Shown here in pieces: positions 63,197 through 64,000 of a DNA stretch of 64,000 nt. This DNA is from Hormiphora californensis (taxonomy: Eukaryota; Animalia; Ctenophora). The stretch covers positions 8,370,001 through 8,434,000 of the forward strand of contig CM035351.1 of NCBI GenBank assembly GCA_020137815.1, read 5' to 3'. The notes beneath the pieces are model-generated. The model was not told the DNA's origin. It ran no database searches and saw nothing but the letters and a program-made list of their open reading frames with translations. The position numbers and the translations under genes are program-made. Position 1 is the first letter of the stretch. Every line of letters starts with the position of its first letter.

Positions 63197-64000
63197 ATGT
63201 TTACCGTTGTACTGTGTGTATTGAGCCTGGTGGCCAGTTCCCATGGTTACCGGCTCGTTGAGGAAGATGGAGTGGTGGACTACACTGGGTACAAGACCAT
63301 TAGGGTGGATCTGAGTGGGTCTGCCGGGGCGGCTGCTGTTGTTAGGGAGTGGGTGGATGCGGAGAGGGTGGATGTCCTCAATGAGGGTATTGGGGATGAG
63401 GCTGATCTGTTGGTGGGACCTAACGAGTGGGAGTCCGTCACAGGAGAGTTGGAGAAACTCGCTGCTTCTTACGAGGTATATTAGCTCTGGTTACCATGGT
63501 TACAAAATAGTGATCACATGTGCCGCAAATAGTTATTATAGAATTTGATCATGGTTACCATGGCAACACTTGGCTTGTTTAGATTCTCAGTGAGGATGTT
63601 GTGGGTGATGTTGAATCTGAGCGAGTTCAACTCCTATCTGCCGTTCCTGGGGTGTTCGACTTCAAGAACTACTATGCTGTCAAGTAGGTTCAAACCTGTC
63701 AGAGCATTGGCCTGCCAGGTTCAAACAGACACGTGTAGAAACTTAATCAGTTGAAATTAGTTGAGATTCATTTTGGCACAGTGTCAAACTGTCAAATATG
63801 ATCCGGGAACCCAATGATTAGGTAAATTGTAATGAATAGTGTGAGAAGTGTGAATTTACTATGGACACTTCCAGGTACATGCATGCCCATTTGGATGCCC
63901 TTGTTACCCGACATCCTGGAAAAGCAGAAACCTTCAGTCTGGGACAGAGTTACCAGGGACGAGATATGAAGGCCATCAGGATCAGTAACAACGTTGCTAA
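63197..64000 (+). CDS. M14 metallocarboxypeptidase (CPA/CPB-like), N-terminal part; continues beyond the window
   Basis: Signal peptide; propeptide DYTGYKTIRV...DLLVGP; FDFKNYY; RHPGKAETFSLGQSYQGRDMKAIRIS. Confidence 0.85.

Overview
Compact, intron-rich animal genomic DNA. A ctenophore such as Pleurobrachia or Hormiphora is my inference, from the short introns, nested genes, splice acceptors directly before ATGs and a leader-like motif. Genes found: POC5 (+); two tandem Ig/sushi/ephrin-receptor-like single-pass membrane paralogues (-); an intron-containing DUF885 protein (+); and a long co-directional minus-strand run SLC35B1 > RP9 > WDR55 > OSGEP > [full-length LINE] > PRPF6 > NMNAT. Two intronless genes are nested in PRPF6 introns: a Pim-like kinase (same strand) and a 7TM GPCR (opposite strand). 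Further right are a Cys-rich PPxY membrane protein, a LURAP/FAM167-like gene and the start of an M14 carboxypeptidase. Non-autonomous DNA elements are abundant (Helitron/Helentron-like, Tc1-like, hAT-like, Chapaev-like foldback, 44-51 bp micro-elements). The most striking observation is the intact LINE: it is bounded by a 6-bp target duplication, and its 5' end is TAATTAATTTGAG, which as I recall matches the 3' end of the ctenophore trans-spliced leader. It lies co-directionally just downstream of an operon-like gene cluster, suggesting a retroelement that uses SL trans-splicing and possibly read-through transcription. Several frameshifts look like long-read indel errors. All family assignments are from motif recognition, not database searches.
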